Origin: Bilabrum cf. latius
Lineage: Eukaryota
Length of the DNA stretch: 64,000 nucleotides
Assembly: GCA_965178125.1 (NCBI GenBank)
Contig: OZ237741.1
Coordinates: forward strand, 558,001 to 622,000
Direction of reading: 5' to 3'
Part shown: one piece after another, positions 20,434 through 31,274 of the stretch
How positions within the stretch are numbered: the stretch's first letter is position 1
How the letters are laid out: every line of letters begins with the position of its first letter
Notes under the pieces: generated by a model
The model's input: only the letters and a program-made list of their open reading frames with translations
What the model was told of the DNA's origin: nothing
The model's database searches: none
Made by a program: the position numbers and the translations under genes

Positions 20434-23211
20434 TTAAATATTCTAATCTAATCGTTCGTTGGATTCCTTGTATACGTCCTTCATTTCGGGATACTAATAT
20501 TTATAAACTTCATCAAATAATTCTTTCTCCTTGGTGAATTTAATTCTTAATTCTCTATCCTTTTTATCCTTTTTATTTCCCATACTCCAAGAGGTTTTAA
20601 TATTTCCAAATAACTACTTATATAATTTTACTATTGCCCCGTGTAATTCACTATCGGTTTCTATTGGCTTCTATAATCTCGCCCCGCTTACTTCTACATA
20701 TCTTTTACCCATTTCTATATATTTAATGGATTTCTCATTTTTACGTGTATAACTTAAATCAAATTTATTCAATTTAAGCGTCTATAACATCTCCTACAAT
20801 ATGATTATTTTATTCTTTGTACTTTTTGCTTTCTCATCCTTAAAATCCTTTCTATCCTTTAATTCTGTCATTAGTTTATATTTATCTTTTCTCTTAAAAT
20901 TAGCATAATTAAAATAATTCATTAATTTGTAATTATCAATTAATAACATTTTAATATCCTCCGTTATGGCTGTCTCTGGTAGCCCTAAAATTTCAATTCT
21001 TCTTTTTATATGGTCGTTCTCTACATCAAATGAATCAATCTTTTCTTGTAGTATCTCCATTGTCGCCTCTTTCATCTGCTATTTATTCATTCGTTGTGGT
21101 AATTCTTTATCCACCTATACATCGGCGCCCCTGTTTTTAAGAATAAGCTATAAATGAATATATTTATTTGTTTCGTATGTATCACATTTGAAATTATATA
21201 ATTTCTTGAGTGGTAAATAAACCTTATATGATGCCTCTATCATTGCTTTATGGGCTATCTCTTCATCATCTTCTCCCTCAAAAATATCAATGTCAATATC
21301 ATTCTCCTACATTATCCTTTTTTCGTATTTTTCTAATTTAGTATATAAATCTGTCTATGCGTTAATTTCCATATTTAAGGTCGTCTATACCTCCTTTAAA
21401 TTCTCATATCTTGGATAAATGGATTTTACATCTTCAAAATATATATTCATATATTCGGGATTTCTACATCTTGCCAGTTGCTACATCATCTACGGCGGTA
21501 GAATCGTTTTTCCTTTATATAATCCATACACTGGGCGTTCCATTACACTATCTAATCCGTAAATGACTTTAGGACTAAATATAATTTTATCATATTTATC
21601 TAAGCTCACATCTTCATCAGGTAATAAATCACTAGTAATTAATTTAACGTCCTCTATACCATCTTTACATAACATTTTATAAAATGTATCTGCGTTCTTC
21701 TTGCTATCACACGCCAGTATAAATTTATCTTCACTTTTTAATTTATCGTAAAATTTCTATTGGTCTTTTTCAAAATATACTTTTACGTCCTTAAAATGCT
21801 TATATTTATTCTTAATGAAGCTAAATTCTACTCCAGCACATTTTAAAAATTTCATCGCTATCTGGGATATGTCAGCATCTACAGCAATAAACTATTTACA
21901 CGTCCTTATCATTTTTAAAATAATAAATAATACAAGAACCCTATTATTATTCATCGTGGTAGAACTTAATATATGCTCTATAATGCTATTGAATTCATCC
22001 AAGAATACGATGTATTTAGAAAAATCATAATTCACAATTTGGGGGATACTTTCCGGCGTAATGATAAGAGACTATCCAAAATCAAAATCTTTATTCTGGT
22101 AGAACTCACATTTAATATCTTCATTTAAAAAGCTCTCGTATTGCTCTGTGCCTAAACATACACGGGACACAATGGATAAGAACGGCGTTTGAACCTGTTT
22201 AATATACTTCTTAAATGCTGTTGTTTTACCTGTTCCTGTATCACTTTTTACCACATAGTTATATTCATATTTAAAAAAGCGTTCGGGCTTCTCTATATCA
22301 TCTAACTTAGGTTTATTAATTTCTGTATACCCGTTAATATTCTCGTCATAAGGACGATAATAACACTTTGAAATATACTTATCCTTCACAAATGCCTTTA
22401 AACTTTTATCATTCTAAATTATTGAATTAACTAAATTAAAGGTTTTTAACTTATCAAAATAATGGATAGAGTTCCACACCTTGTTATTTTTGTGGTAGTC
22501 ATATTTATTGCCCTTCTTGCTCCACTCCTACCATTCCTTCTTAAATCCTAAATATTTACTCGCTAGGGTTGCTTTATACCAATCACTATAATTATTTAAA
22601 TATTTCTTATCTAATCTATTTAATATAATTGACCAGTCTTTACCATTTAGAATGAATTTCATCATACAGTTATTCACATCTTGATTATCAATTTTTGATA
22701 TCCTTTTACTCGCCCCTCTCACGTTGGATTTCTTAGAGGATTTAATAATATACTTTTCATAAAATTTATAAAGCTCCTTAGGACATTTTTTTATTTCTAC
22801 ATTATTAATAACTTCGTATTTTGACCCATTTATGCCACTTGGTGGTGCCACTACATAAGCCCCATCATTCCTAATATCAACGTCAATATCTCTATTGGTG
22901 GTAGTTAATATATTCTAATCATATTTAAAATATAGATGATACCCTCCACCCGCTGTTTTAACCGTGAATGTGTTGAACCGCTTCACAAAGTCATCTGAAA
23001 ATTTCTTGATGAATAAATGCTCCTTCTCATCGCTCCATTTATATGAATCAATATCAAACACGGTTATATTATTAATTTCTCCGGTGATAATAGCCATATT
23101 CTGATTATTAAATCGTTTAGGTTCGGGTTTGGTGAGATATCGCCAACTTTTAACATCGGGTATTTTTTGATTGTGCTTGATGGGGAAACTTACAAGGTTT
23201 TTATTATTCAT
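20434..23211 (-). CDS. Prim-pol primase fused to PriCT-2-like domain and SF2 (origin-binding-protein-like) helicase (925 aa)
   Basis: ITVFDID, TAGGGYHLYF, DIRNDGAYVVAPPS; YSDW..EWSK; KSDTGTGKTT, SIVSR, FLDEFNS; five track ORFs share one frame joined by TAG. Confidence 0.88.
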
Positions 23212-23239
23212 TTTCTATATATATTATTAGAAATATATT

Positions 23240-23256
23240 TTTAAACTATTTTAAAC
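23240..23256 (-). promoter_or_regulatory. Promoter-like motif (primase-helicase)
   Basis: GTTTAAAATAGTTTAAA, 28 nt before ATG 23211. Confidence 0.7.
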
Positions 23257-23372
23257 GCCATATTTAATTATAGAGGGCTTAAAGGGGGCTATAATAATTA
23301 ATGAAGGTGAAAGGTGAAGTTTGCCATTTAGCCCTAAAAAATAGATTGTGATATGAATGGTGTATTTTAACA

Positions 23373-23504
23373 CCTTCTAAAGTGATGGAACTATTTTTTA
23401 AAATTATCTTAAGGTCCCATACCACCTTCACAAGAGGCCCTACATCCACATTTTGCTAGAAATACTATATAATTATACGCAATTTGTGGATATAGCCATC
23501 GTAT
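23373..23504 (-). repeat. Dyad module copy D
   Basis: Same arms and 3' box, reverse orientation. Confidence 0.85.
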
Positions 23505-23575
23505 AGATTTTAATATAGCGGTTATATTAAAATATTTAATTAAATTCTAGCCCGTTTATTAAGTTGTAGGGGCTT

Positions 23576-24346
23576 TTAATTATAGATATCTTGTAGTTTT
23601 TCGTGTTCGGCCTTCACATCAAGGGTCAAATATACCCGGCTATTCCAAAACTCAGGGCTGTTTATATCATCGCTATTATTAATATTAAAATTTCTTTTAA
23701 TTTTACAAATCATAATTTGTAATTTACGAGGGCTAAACTATTTCTTAAGAGCCTCTACATCGGGTAAATTAATTTCACCAAAGAATACATCATTTCCATT
23801 TACGGACACTTTATACCTATAGTCTCCGTCTTCTAGCCTTTCCAGGTCTCCAATTATTTTTTTGTCTTCCTCAGGTATCATTTCGTCATCAGTTTCTGCT
23901 TCTATCTAGTCTTGTTCGGTACTAACGCTGTTTATTTCGCTTTCACTGTCAGGCTCCATACCGGTTAATTTTTCATCTATTGCGGTCTATCTAATTAATT
24001 CTGGCGGTTGTAAATCATCTACATCATTATAAATTTTATTATTTGGTGGTTTGTAGTCATTAAATTTATCTAGAATGTATGTTTGCTTAATTTCAACTTG
24101 GTCGTTATTATCGTGTTGTATCTTCTGTTTCTCTTCTTTCTTGGGTTTTTTGACGGCTTTTTTCTCTTTAATATCACTAACTATATTTTTATTAATTAAT
24201 TTTGGTTTTGAAAACTTACCACCTAAATCTACATACGTAGTAATGGTCTCTAAAATTTTTTGCGTACTATCTGTAATATGGTCTGTAGCCTTATAAATCT
24301 GCTTCATTAGGACAGGATTTTCAATGACATAATTATTAAAGTTCAT
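23576..24346 (-). CDS. Hypothetical protein (256 aa)
   Basis: ORF 23987-24346 read through TAGs to TAA 23576; C-terminus weakly recalls Tlr 6F (VFFG...SPEFWNSR). Confidence 0.65.
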
Positions 24347-24624
24347 ATCTATAATACTAAGTTATAATTTTTGAGTTTTAAAAAAACGCTTAGAGGTGGG
24401 GGGGTTATGTGGGGGTTATCCCTGCCTATAGGCTAGGGTTATGAAGGGGGTTATGTGATGTATAGGCATAGATTAATACTTAAAAACATATACACCCTTA
24501 ATAAAGGTTTAAACTTTAATATTAAATCCTGTTGGTTAGACCCTCATATTTCCTAAGAAATGCTGAACTCCAATATTCAGGTTCAGGTTCATTTTGACGA
24601 TGACGAGTGTAGCGAGTTGCTGTT

Positions 24625-25051
24625 GCGCGTTTGTTCCATTTGTGAAGGTATAAGCGAGGATAAGGGGGTATAATGAAGGTAGTTTAGAAGGTTGAATAAT
24701 GGAGTCCCATAAAGTGATGGAACTTTTGGCTAGAAAATGGCTAGAGTCCCATAACACCTTCACAAGAGGGCTACATCCACGTTTTGATTAGAACTTACAT
24801 ATACTAATACGCAATTTATGGATATGGTCATCGTATAGAGTTTTATATTAAATTGATTTTATATAATTAGAAGGATAAAGCAGTTATATGAAGTAGCAGT
24901 ATGAAGAGTATCACCTTGACTTTTGGAGCGACTAGCTCCAAAAGGAGTGGAACGGACTGAAGAGCTTTAGCTCTGATGGACTGAAACTATTGATGATGTT
25001 AATCATCCTTAACCGAAGGGAATAAATTTATTTATTACCGTAGCGGGGGGG
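24625..25051 (-). repeat. Right terminal inverted repeat (427 bp, ends CCGTAGCGGGGGGG)
   Basis: Reverse complement of 91-517. Confidence 0.97.
24711..24836 (-). repeat. Dyad module copy E (within right TIR)
   Basis: Mirror of copy A with a different spacer. Confidence 0.85.
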
Positions 25052-25056
25052 CTAGC
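25052..25056 (+). repeat. Target-site duplication CTAGC, right copy
   Basis: Matches 86-90. Confidence 0.93.
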
Positions 25057-25679
25057 AGGTCCGGGGTCAGCTTCTGGACGTGGTTCACGTGAGTCGTCTC
25101 ATGGGTAAACGCGACGTAGCCCTCCCCATCATCGTCCACAAACACGCTCGGTGCATCGGGCAGTTCATTATACGCCATTCCACTGACGTTTCCATTCACC
25201 ACATGGAATGGGCCGTACGGGGAGGCGCTGGTGGCGACGGAGTACCTCGACCTCTCGAAGTCTCCGTGACCGTCGATGACGGGGAGGATATTCACCCACA
25301 TCACAAACTGGCCAGTTTTAGCTGACTTTGCGACCCATGGCGAGTAGAGAATACCTTCTGGCCTGTCGTGCACGGCCAGGACGGCACCGTGGAAGGTCCA
25401 GGATTGCAGATCTTTAGAGGTCGCCAGGTTCACGGTGTGGTTCATCTGGAAGCCGCACGTACCGACATTCGTCGAATGACATCCAGTAGGCTATTCGGTG
25501 CAGTTGCCGTATCCTGCTCCATATCAAAAGAAAGTGTCGCCGATCCTTATAGTTTGCCCGTCATGTACATCCAAAATCTGCCCGGTTACCGCATCGCGTC
25601 GCGGTTCGACGTTTGAAACGCGGGCGATGCTGGCAGCATATGTAGAAGCCACAAGCATAGACGCTACAATGGCCCACAT
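25052..25679 (-). pseudogene. 5' part of a secreted host GH43 glycoside hydrolase, disrupted by the virophage
   Basis: Signal peptide MWAIVASMLVAS; ILDVHDG, TSKDLQSWTFHG, TGQFVMWVN, ATSASPYGPF, VFVDDDGEGY; extra in-frame TGA at 25524-25526. Confidence 0.88.
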
Positions 25680-25813
25680 CCTGCTTTGGCGAGCAACAAA
25701 GGTGGAATTATAGATTTGATCTGTTCGCGCTGAAGGTTCCGGTCTCCCCAAGGTGTGGACTCCATCCAGACACAGTAAACGCCCATAATTGCCAGGTAGA
25801 GTTAGGGACCACC

Positions 25814-28800
25814 ATGTCGTCCGGTTCGTCATTGCTTTCTAGACTTAGTACGCCGCAAACAATTGCAAATTTGAGTGACGATGAAGACAGTAGGCACCTA
25901 GGCGGAGACGAGCACCAGCTGCTGGGCTGCTGCATTTCTGATCCTAGCGGCTTTGATGCTCTTGTCTCGTCGGGACGCCTGCCACTTGGACTTTAGCGTG
26001 CAATTTTGTTGTCACCTGCTGCCTGCGAGCTCGTGTCGAAGCTGCCAGTCACGGGGACGCAGCCGCTTCGAGCAGCTTGGACGGGCCTTGCACTCGCTGC
26101 CGAGAGGGTTGCAGCCCACCACGGAGATCTGATCCCCGCGGCGCTGGCTATCTCATAGGCTTGTGTTAGCGCTGCCACCAGCGGCGAGCTGTCCAATTAT
26201 TGCGGGAGGACGCTAGAATCGATAGTGGCGCTAGCAAACTCGATGTCAGAAGGCAAGCGGTGGGAAGACTGCTACCGAACTGCCGTAGAGTAGCGTGGTC
26301 TTGCGGACCTAGCTATGCTTGCAATTCGACTGCTGCAGACGTTCAAAGGTGACCTATCCGTCGCTCTAGGGGTGGAACGCTCGCCCTCACGCGTTGCGAG
26401 CGCCGGCGGCAGCACCAGCCGAGGTGCAGGCGCTGATGAGGCGCAAACATTGAAAGGATTTCGTCGACGGCCAGCCAAAGCAAAGGATACTATTAGAGAT
26501 GTCACAAGTGCAGGCAATGCCTCGCCACCGCCCCTGATGGCGCCATCCTCGGAGCAGCTGCTCCTGGAGCAAGCAAGCGACCGAGCACGCTTCCTGCCGA
26601 CTGCTCTTGCATCGCAGCGCAGGCTTCTACGACTAGTGTTCGGATCCGATACAGAGTCCCCCCCGCAAGCTTTGCCAAGGAGCGGCAGGATGGCGATGGT
26701 GCTGTGCCGGTGCATGCGGCAGGCCATCGGCGCAGTGGACGAGCGGAGCGACCCCTCTGGTACTGACGGGAGCCATCCCGCCGGTGCTCTCTACGAAGCA
26801 GTGTCTGTGGAAGTGGCCGCCCGAGTCTCTGCCCTGCGCGCTCTGTGCCGTCGGTTCGGAGACTCGGCTGCCAGGGAAAAGGGGCCACCGGCCGATGTGG
26901 TAGGCACGACAGCGACCATCGCCGCTGAGGCGGCCCGCATGGAGTACACCGGCCGCGAGAAACGGTTCCGCAACCGTTCGCGCGGCGCCAAGAGCACCAA
27001 GCTGCCCGGAATGGCCGGGGCGGCACCCGATGGGTCCAACTCGGCAGGATCCTCAGGCAGCCTGCGTGAGCAGGAGATGCCTGGGGGAGCCGTAGATCAT
27101 CCAGCCAGTGTCGGCTAGAAGAAGCGGGGCAAGGGCAGAAGAGGCAAGGGCCGTCGCAAGAAGCTGCAGGCAGGGAGTGACACGGGGCTGGAGTCCGGTG
27201 CCGCGGCACTCGGGGGTGTACATGCCAGTGGCGGGCGAGGAGCTGCTCGAGCCGCCGGGCAGCCAGGCGGGGACCAGGGCTTTACCGCGGTCAAGTGCTC
27301 CCAGAGAGTCAAGCTTGCTTGCGAGGTGCTGCTCAGCGGCAAGGCCACCGCAGAAGACCTCTCCATTGCTGCTGGCACATCCTGTCCCGGCGCTGCCTTG
27401 GCTGTGCTGGACTATAGAATGGCACGGCAGGCTGGGGATGCTGCGATGCAGGACCTATGCCGCTGCTGCAATTCGATCGTAAAGAGTGTGGTGGTAGCCC
27501 ATGCCGGCGGAGCGGCGCGGACGGCCGATTCTGAAGAGGATCGAAACCTAGCCAAGGCGCTAGATCGATATAAGCTGGCGCGAGCGCGTGTATGCGGTGC
27601 TCGCACTCGCTGCGTCCATGCGTGCCTCTAGGCGGACGCTGAGGGGCAGGGGGGCGAGCAGGACTGGTCGTTCGAATCGAGCCCTCTGCTGCACACACCC
27701 ACCGAGAATTAGTAGAGTTACATCGACGTGGTTCGGATGGTTTGGGTGGCGCTAGCGAATGCGACTGGATTGTGGCGCCTGCTGCCCGTGCACGATGGCA
27801 TGCCGGGAGCGGACTCAACGCTGGATGACGCAAGCATTGCACTGCTGGGCGCTGCAGAGGGCAGTATCCCAGCGACATGCGCGGGTCTTGCGGTAGCAGC
27901 GATGGTGCGCAGGACCGCGAGCGCTTGCTCGCATCGTGTTCAGCTGCAGGGCGCTGGCAACGTGGACGCTATGCTCATGGTTGCGCGCGGGGAGCAGCCA
28001 AAGGGTGTACCCGTGTCGCTGTGTCGGCTCGTACCAGAGTGCGTGTGGAGGCCAGTGCTAGAGTCGCTGGTGAATGACACGGAAAATGGGGTGGCAGAGC
28101 GCGGCGATTTCCCGTCGGCGTCGGCATCGTCACAGGAGCTCGCATCGACCGCAAGCAAGGGTGCAGCCGAGGACCCGCCACTGCGAGCATCCGGAGGGGT
28201 TATGCACAGGGGGGAACGCATGGTCCGGTGGACGCTGGACGCACTCGTCATACCACTCATGCTGCAGGACGGCGCAGAGGCACCCAGTGTGCGGGAAGAC
28301 GTGGAGGCTGAGCGAGAGGCTGCCGCCGCCGCGCTTGCAGAGTCTCGAGCCGAGGAAGCAGTGGCGAGCGGAAGAGCTGACACCGAGGATGTGAGCGCTT
28401 CTGCAGCAGCCCCAAAGCCAGTGGATCCTGCGAATCTCCGTGGCTATGACTTCACTCCCCTGCAGACACCTCCCACCGATGCAAAGCTCCTCTGCGCATC
28501 GGAGCGGGCTCGGGCGGTGGCAGCAGCCGAGCTGTCGCTCTCCATGTGGGTGGATCTGTGCGAGAGCGAGGGGACACTGGAGCAGCAGGACGAAGCCAGG
28601 GATCTCAGACGACTGGCAGCGCAGTGCATTGCACCTGGAGGGTGGAGGTCCAACGGACCAGGGGAGCTACGGGATTTCCTGTACGGCCGCGTGCCTGGCG
28701 GGGGTGACCTGGATGAGGCCGGAGGTGCTGATAGGGAGGCGGAGGGCGCCGAGGCGGGAGGGGCTGAGGCGGTGGCGGCAAGTGGGAGTCCTTCCAGAGC

Positions 28801-28966
28801 AAGCGGTCCATTGGGGGGTTCGGGGATCATTTCCGATTCCGAACCCATGGCTGGGATCATGCTTCCTCTGCCTCCACTGATCCCGGACCCTCCATCTGCG
28901 GCAGGCCTTCGGTCCTCGAAAGCGATTCGAATGGCCATTGCATACAGGTATAGCGGACGGTCGTAA
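25814..28966 (+). CDS. Host hypothetical protein (1050 aa)
   Basis: Four track ORFs in one frame separated only by TAG; ends TAA; no recognisable domain. Confidence 0.72.
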
Positions 28967-29069
28967 GTACATTTGTGAGTGTGGGCATGTCCCATTCTCT
29001 GTTTGCGTGGCCATCCTTCTAGCCCCAAACCGGAACTGGAACCCAGTGAATTCGTGCGAAAACTCTATT

Positions 29070-29091
29070 TTCTCTCTCTCTCTCTCTCTCT
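29070..29091. repeat. (TC)n microsatellite
   Basis: Directly visible, intergenic. Confidence 0.8.
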
Positions 29092-29456
29092 TGACCGAAG
29101 AAGTTGTCATTCTTGTCTCTACGTTCAAATCGTTCCGGTAACAAGCGAACAAATCAGGGCTGAAAGTTTAAGGAGCAAGTACATATTGCATAAGTGGTGA
29201 GTCCTATTTGCATTAGCGTCTGAACGCATTTAATTGGCAACCGGCTTAGGTGGCAATTCTGTAGCTCTGTGCTCAATGCGTTCTCAGATAGCAATCTGGC
29301 ATTTAAGCCTGGACCGGAGCAGAAACGATAAATACTTGAATCAGTAAGTGGCTGTGTCTCTTCCCTCGTTGCCGCGATCAACGGTCACATTGCAGCACAC
29401 TAGCTCTGGCTGGTTGCACTCTGCATAACGCAGGACGGACAGCAGCACAAATCAGC

Positions 29457-31274
29457 ATGGCGTGCATGCATGGACTTAACTGCCGTAATTATATGTGTAC
29501 TCGAATTCACCCTGCTGGACGCAAGCAGCTGTGCCGATACGGTGACAGGTGCAACAACGAGCACTGCCGGACATTCCGACTGCACCCGAGGCGTGGCTCT
29601 GGGATCAACTGTCCACCCGCGGATCATGGAAGCCGGTTGCACCTGCACACCGGAGCTATTTCCGGGCCAGGGTTCCACTCAAGTGCGGCCGCACCGGCAG
29701 GATTCGGCACGGGAGACCCCTTCCATGACGATATAATTCGTTCAATGGGTATCGATGGAATGCTCGCACACGGGCACCCGAGGATGGGTGCCACCGCGGT
29801 GCATGCGCACCGACTGCCCGCAGGGGCAGGTGGAGGACCAGCCACTGCTACAATTGGCGGCAGCAACGAGGTGTTCGTCTGCCGCATTCCACATGCAGCT
29901 ACACGATCAGATCTGCAGTCAGCAGTGGAGAGCGCCTTCGGGAGGGTGGCTTCGATCAAGGAACACACCATAACCAAGGGCTTCACGTTTGTTGCATTCC
30001 AAGACTCGCGGGCCGCCGGACGCGCGCTGCGAGCTGGAAGGGTGGACATCCCAGGTATTGGTCAAGTGGTGATCGACAGGCCGTCTGGTACCCCGCGTGG
30101 GGCAGACATGCCTCTTCCAAAGCCAGAGCCGAGACCAGCTGACGATGCGTGCAGGGTCTTCGTGGGGGGCATTGGCAGGGGGGCCAAGGTCTTGGACGTG
30201 CTGTCAGCCATGGGCGCCTTCGGGAAGGTGGAGTCAATCGACGAGGACACAATGCCCAAGGGCTTCACGTTTGTCACATTCGCCGCTGCAGGCGGTGCTA
30301 GACGCGCGATTGAGGCCGGCCTTGTGGACATTCCAGGCGTGGGGACAGCGTCGATCAGGGTACCAAAGGCGTCTGCCCCAATGTCTCGTCCGACGCCAGA
30401 GTCGAGACTAGCTGACGACGCGTGCAGGGTCTTCGTGGGAGTGAGCGGCGGGGCGAAGGTCTTGGACGTGCTGTCAGCCATGGGCGCCTTCGGGAAGGTG
30501 GTATCCTTGAGCGAGGACACTATGCCCAGGGGCTTCACGTTTGTCACATTCGCAGATACCGGTAGTGCTAGGCGTGCGCTACGGGCTGGCACCGTGGACA
30601 TTCCAGGCGTGGGCAAAGCGCCGATCAGGGCCCTATCGGAGCCTATTGGTGATGCGTGCAGGGTCTTCGTCGGGGGTATTGGCACAGGGGCCAAAGTATT
30701 GGACGTGCTGTCAGCCATGGGCGCCTTCGGGAAGGTGGTATCCTTGAGCGAGGACACTATGCCCAGGGGCTTCACTTTTGTCACATTCGCAGATGCCGGT
30801 AGTGCGAGACGCGCGATTGAGGCCGGCCGCGTGCGTGTTCCAGGGTTTGGAGAGGCTGGGATCAGGGTCTACGAGAAGCGTGCCAGTGGCGGTGGTGGTG
30901 ATACGATCGAGAAACGGCCGTCTAGGAGCCGGGAGAGTCTTTCCACGGCGTCATCTCGGGGTGGGTCCATCGGCTTGGGGCCTCGGTCCCGGGCGGGGTC
31001 TGACTCTAGCCGAGGCAGCTCTGTGGCAGAGGGAAGGAGCAAGAAGGTCATCGACAGGAGGGGTGGTGGGGAGGACGCGGTGGGGGCTGGGGCCGGGGCC
31101 GAGTCTGGGATCGAGCATGGGTTCGGGATCGCTGCTCCTGCGCCAGCTCCTGCTGCTGAGCCACCCCTGCCGGAGGGATGGACCAAGCACGTGGGAGTGG
31201 ACGGATATGCCTACTACCACAACGCTGCCACTGGAGAGAGCCAGTGGGAGAGGCCCGTACGTGGGGCGCTGTGA
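29457..31274 (+). CDS. RNA-binding protein: CCCH zinc fingers, 4 RRM-like repeats, WW (605 aa)
   Basis: C-x-C-x-C-x-H fingers; VFVGGI and GFTFVTF RNP motifs; LPEGW...YYHN..TGESQWERP; ends TGA. Confidence 0.88.
   Translation: MACMHGLNCRNYMCTRIHPAGRKQLCRYGDRCNNEHCRTFRLHPRRGSGINCPPADHGSRLHLHTGAISGPGFHSSAAAPAGFGTGDPFHDDIIRSMGIDGMLAHGHPRMGATAVHAHRLPAGAGGGPATATIGGSNEVFVCRIPHAATRSDLQSAVESAFGRVASIKEHTITKGFTFVAFQDSRAAGRALRAGRVDIPGIGQVVIDRPSGTPRGADMPLPKPEPRPADDACRVFVGGIGRGAKVLDVLSAMGAFGKVESIDEDTMPKGFTFVTFAAAGGARRAIEAGLVDIPGVGTASIRVPKASAPMSRPTPESRLADDACRVFVGVSGGAKVLDVLSAMGAFGKVVSLSEDTMPRGFTFVTFADTGSARRALRAGTVDIPGVGKAPIRALSEPIGDACRVFVGGIGTGAKVLDVLSAMGAFGKVVSLSEDTMPRGFTFVTFADAGSARRAIEAGRVRVPGFGEAGIRVYEKRASGGGGDTIEKRPSRSRESLSTASSRGGSIGLGPRSRAGSDSSRGSSVAEGRSKKVIDRRGGGEDAVGAGAGAESGIEHGFGIAAPAPAPAAEPPLPEGWTKHVGVDGYAYYHNAATGESQWERPVRGAL

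Larger units (their letters stand above)
91..25051. mobile_element. Endogenous integrated virophage (mavirus/EMALE-like), apparently complete, 24,961 bp
   Basis: Sharp AT-rich island in GC-rich DNA; 427-bp TIRs; CTAGC TSD; rve integrase, PolB, primase-helicase; ATPase-protease-penton-MCP in the mavirus order; virophage-type capsid motifs. Confidence 0.93.

Noticed and set aside
588-24346. Viral genes as degraded pseudogenes full of stops
   Set aside because: All interruptions are TAG; in AT-rich DNA random decay would also give TAA, TGA and frameshifts, and catalytic motifs are intact
24536-24763. 75-aa ORF overlapping the right TIR
   Set aside because: Starts at a non-ATG codon inside the non-coding dyad module, and its left-TIR counterpart diverges at the TIR boundary
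91-25051. Chimeric assembly or a bacterial prophage
   Set aside because: TSD and restored host frame show true integration; gene set is virophage-type; the flank has spliceosomal introns
25524-25526. TGA read as Trp
   Set aside because: Single case in an already disrupted gene; TGA ends most intact host genes, including right after WW domains and a CaaX box
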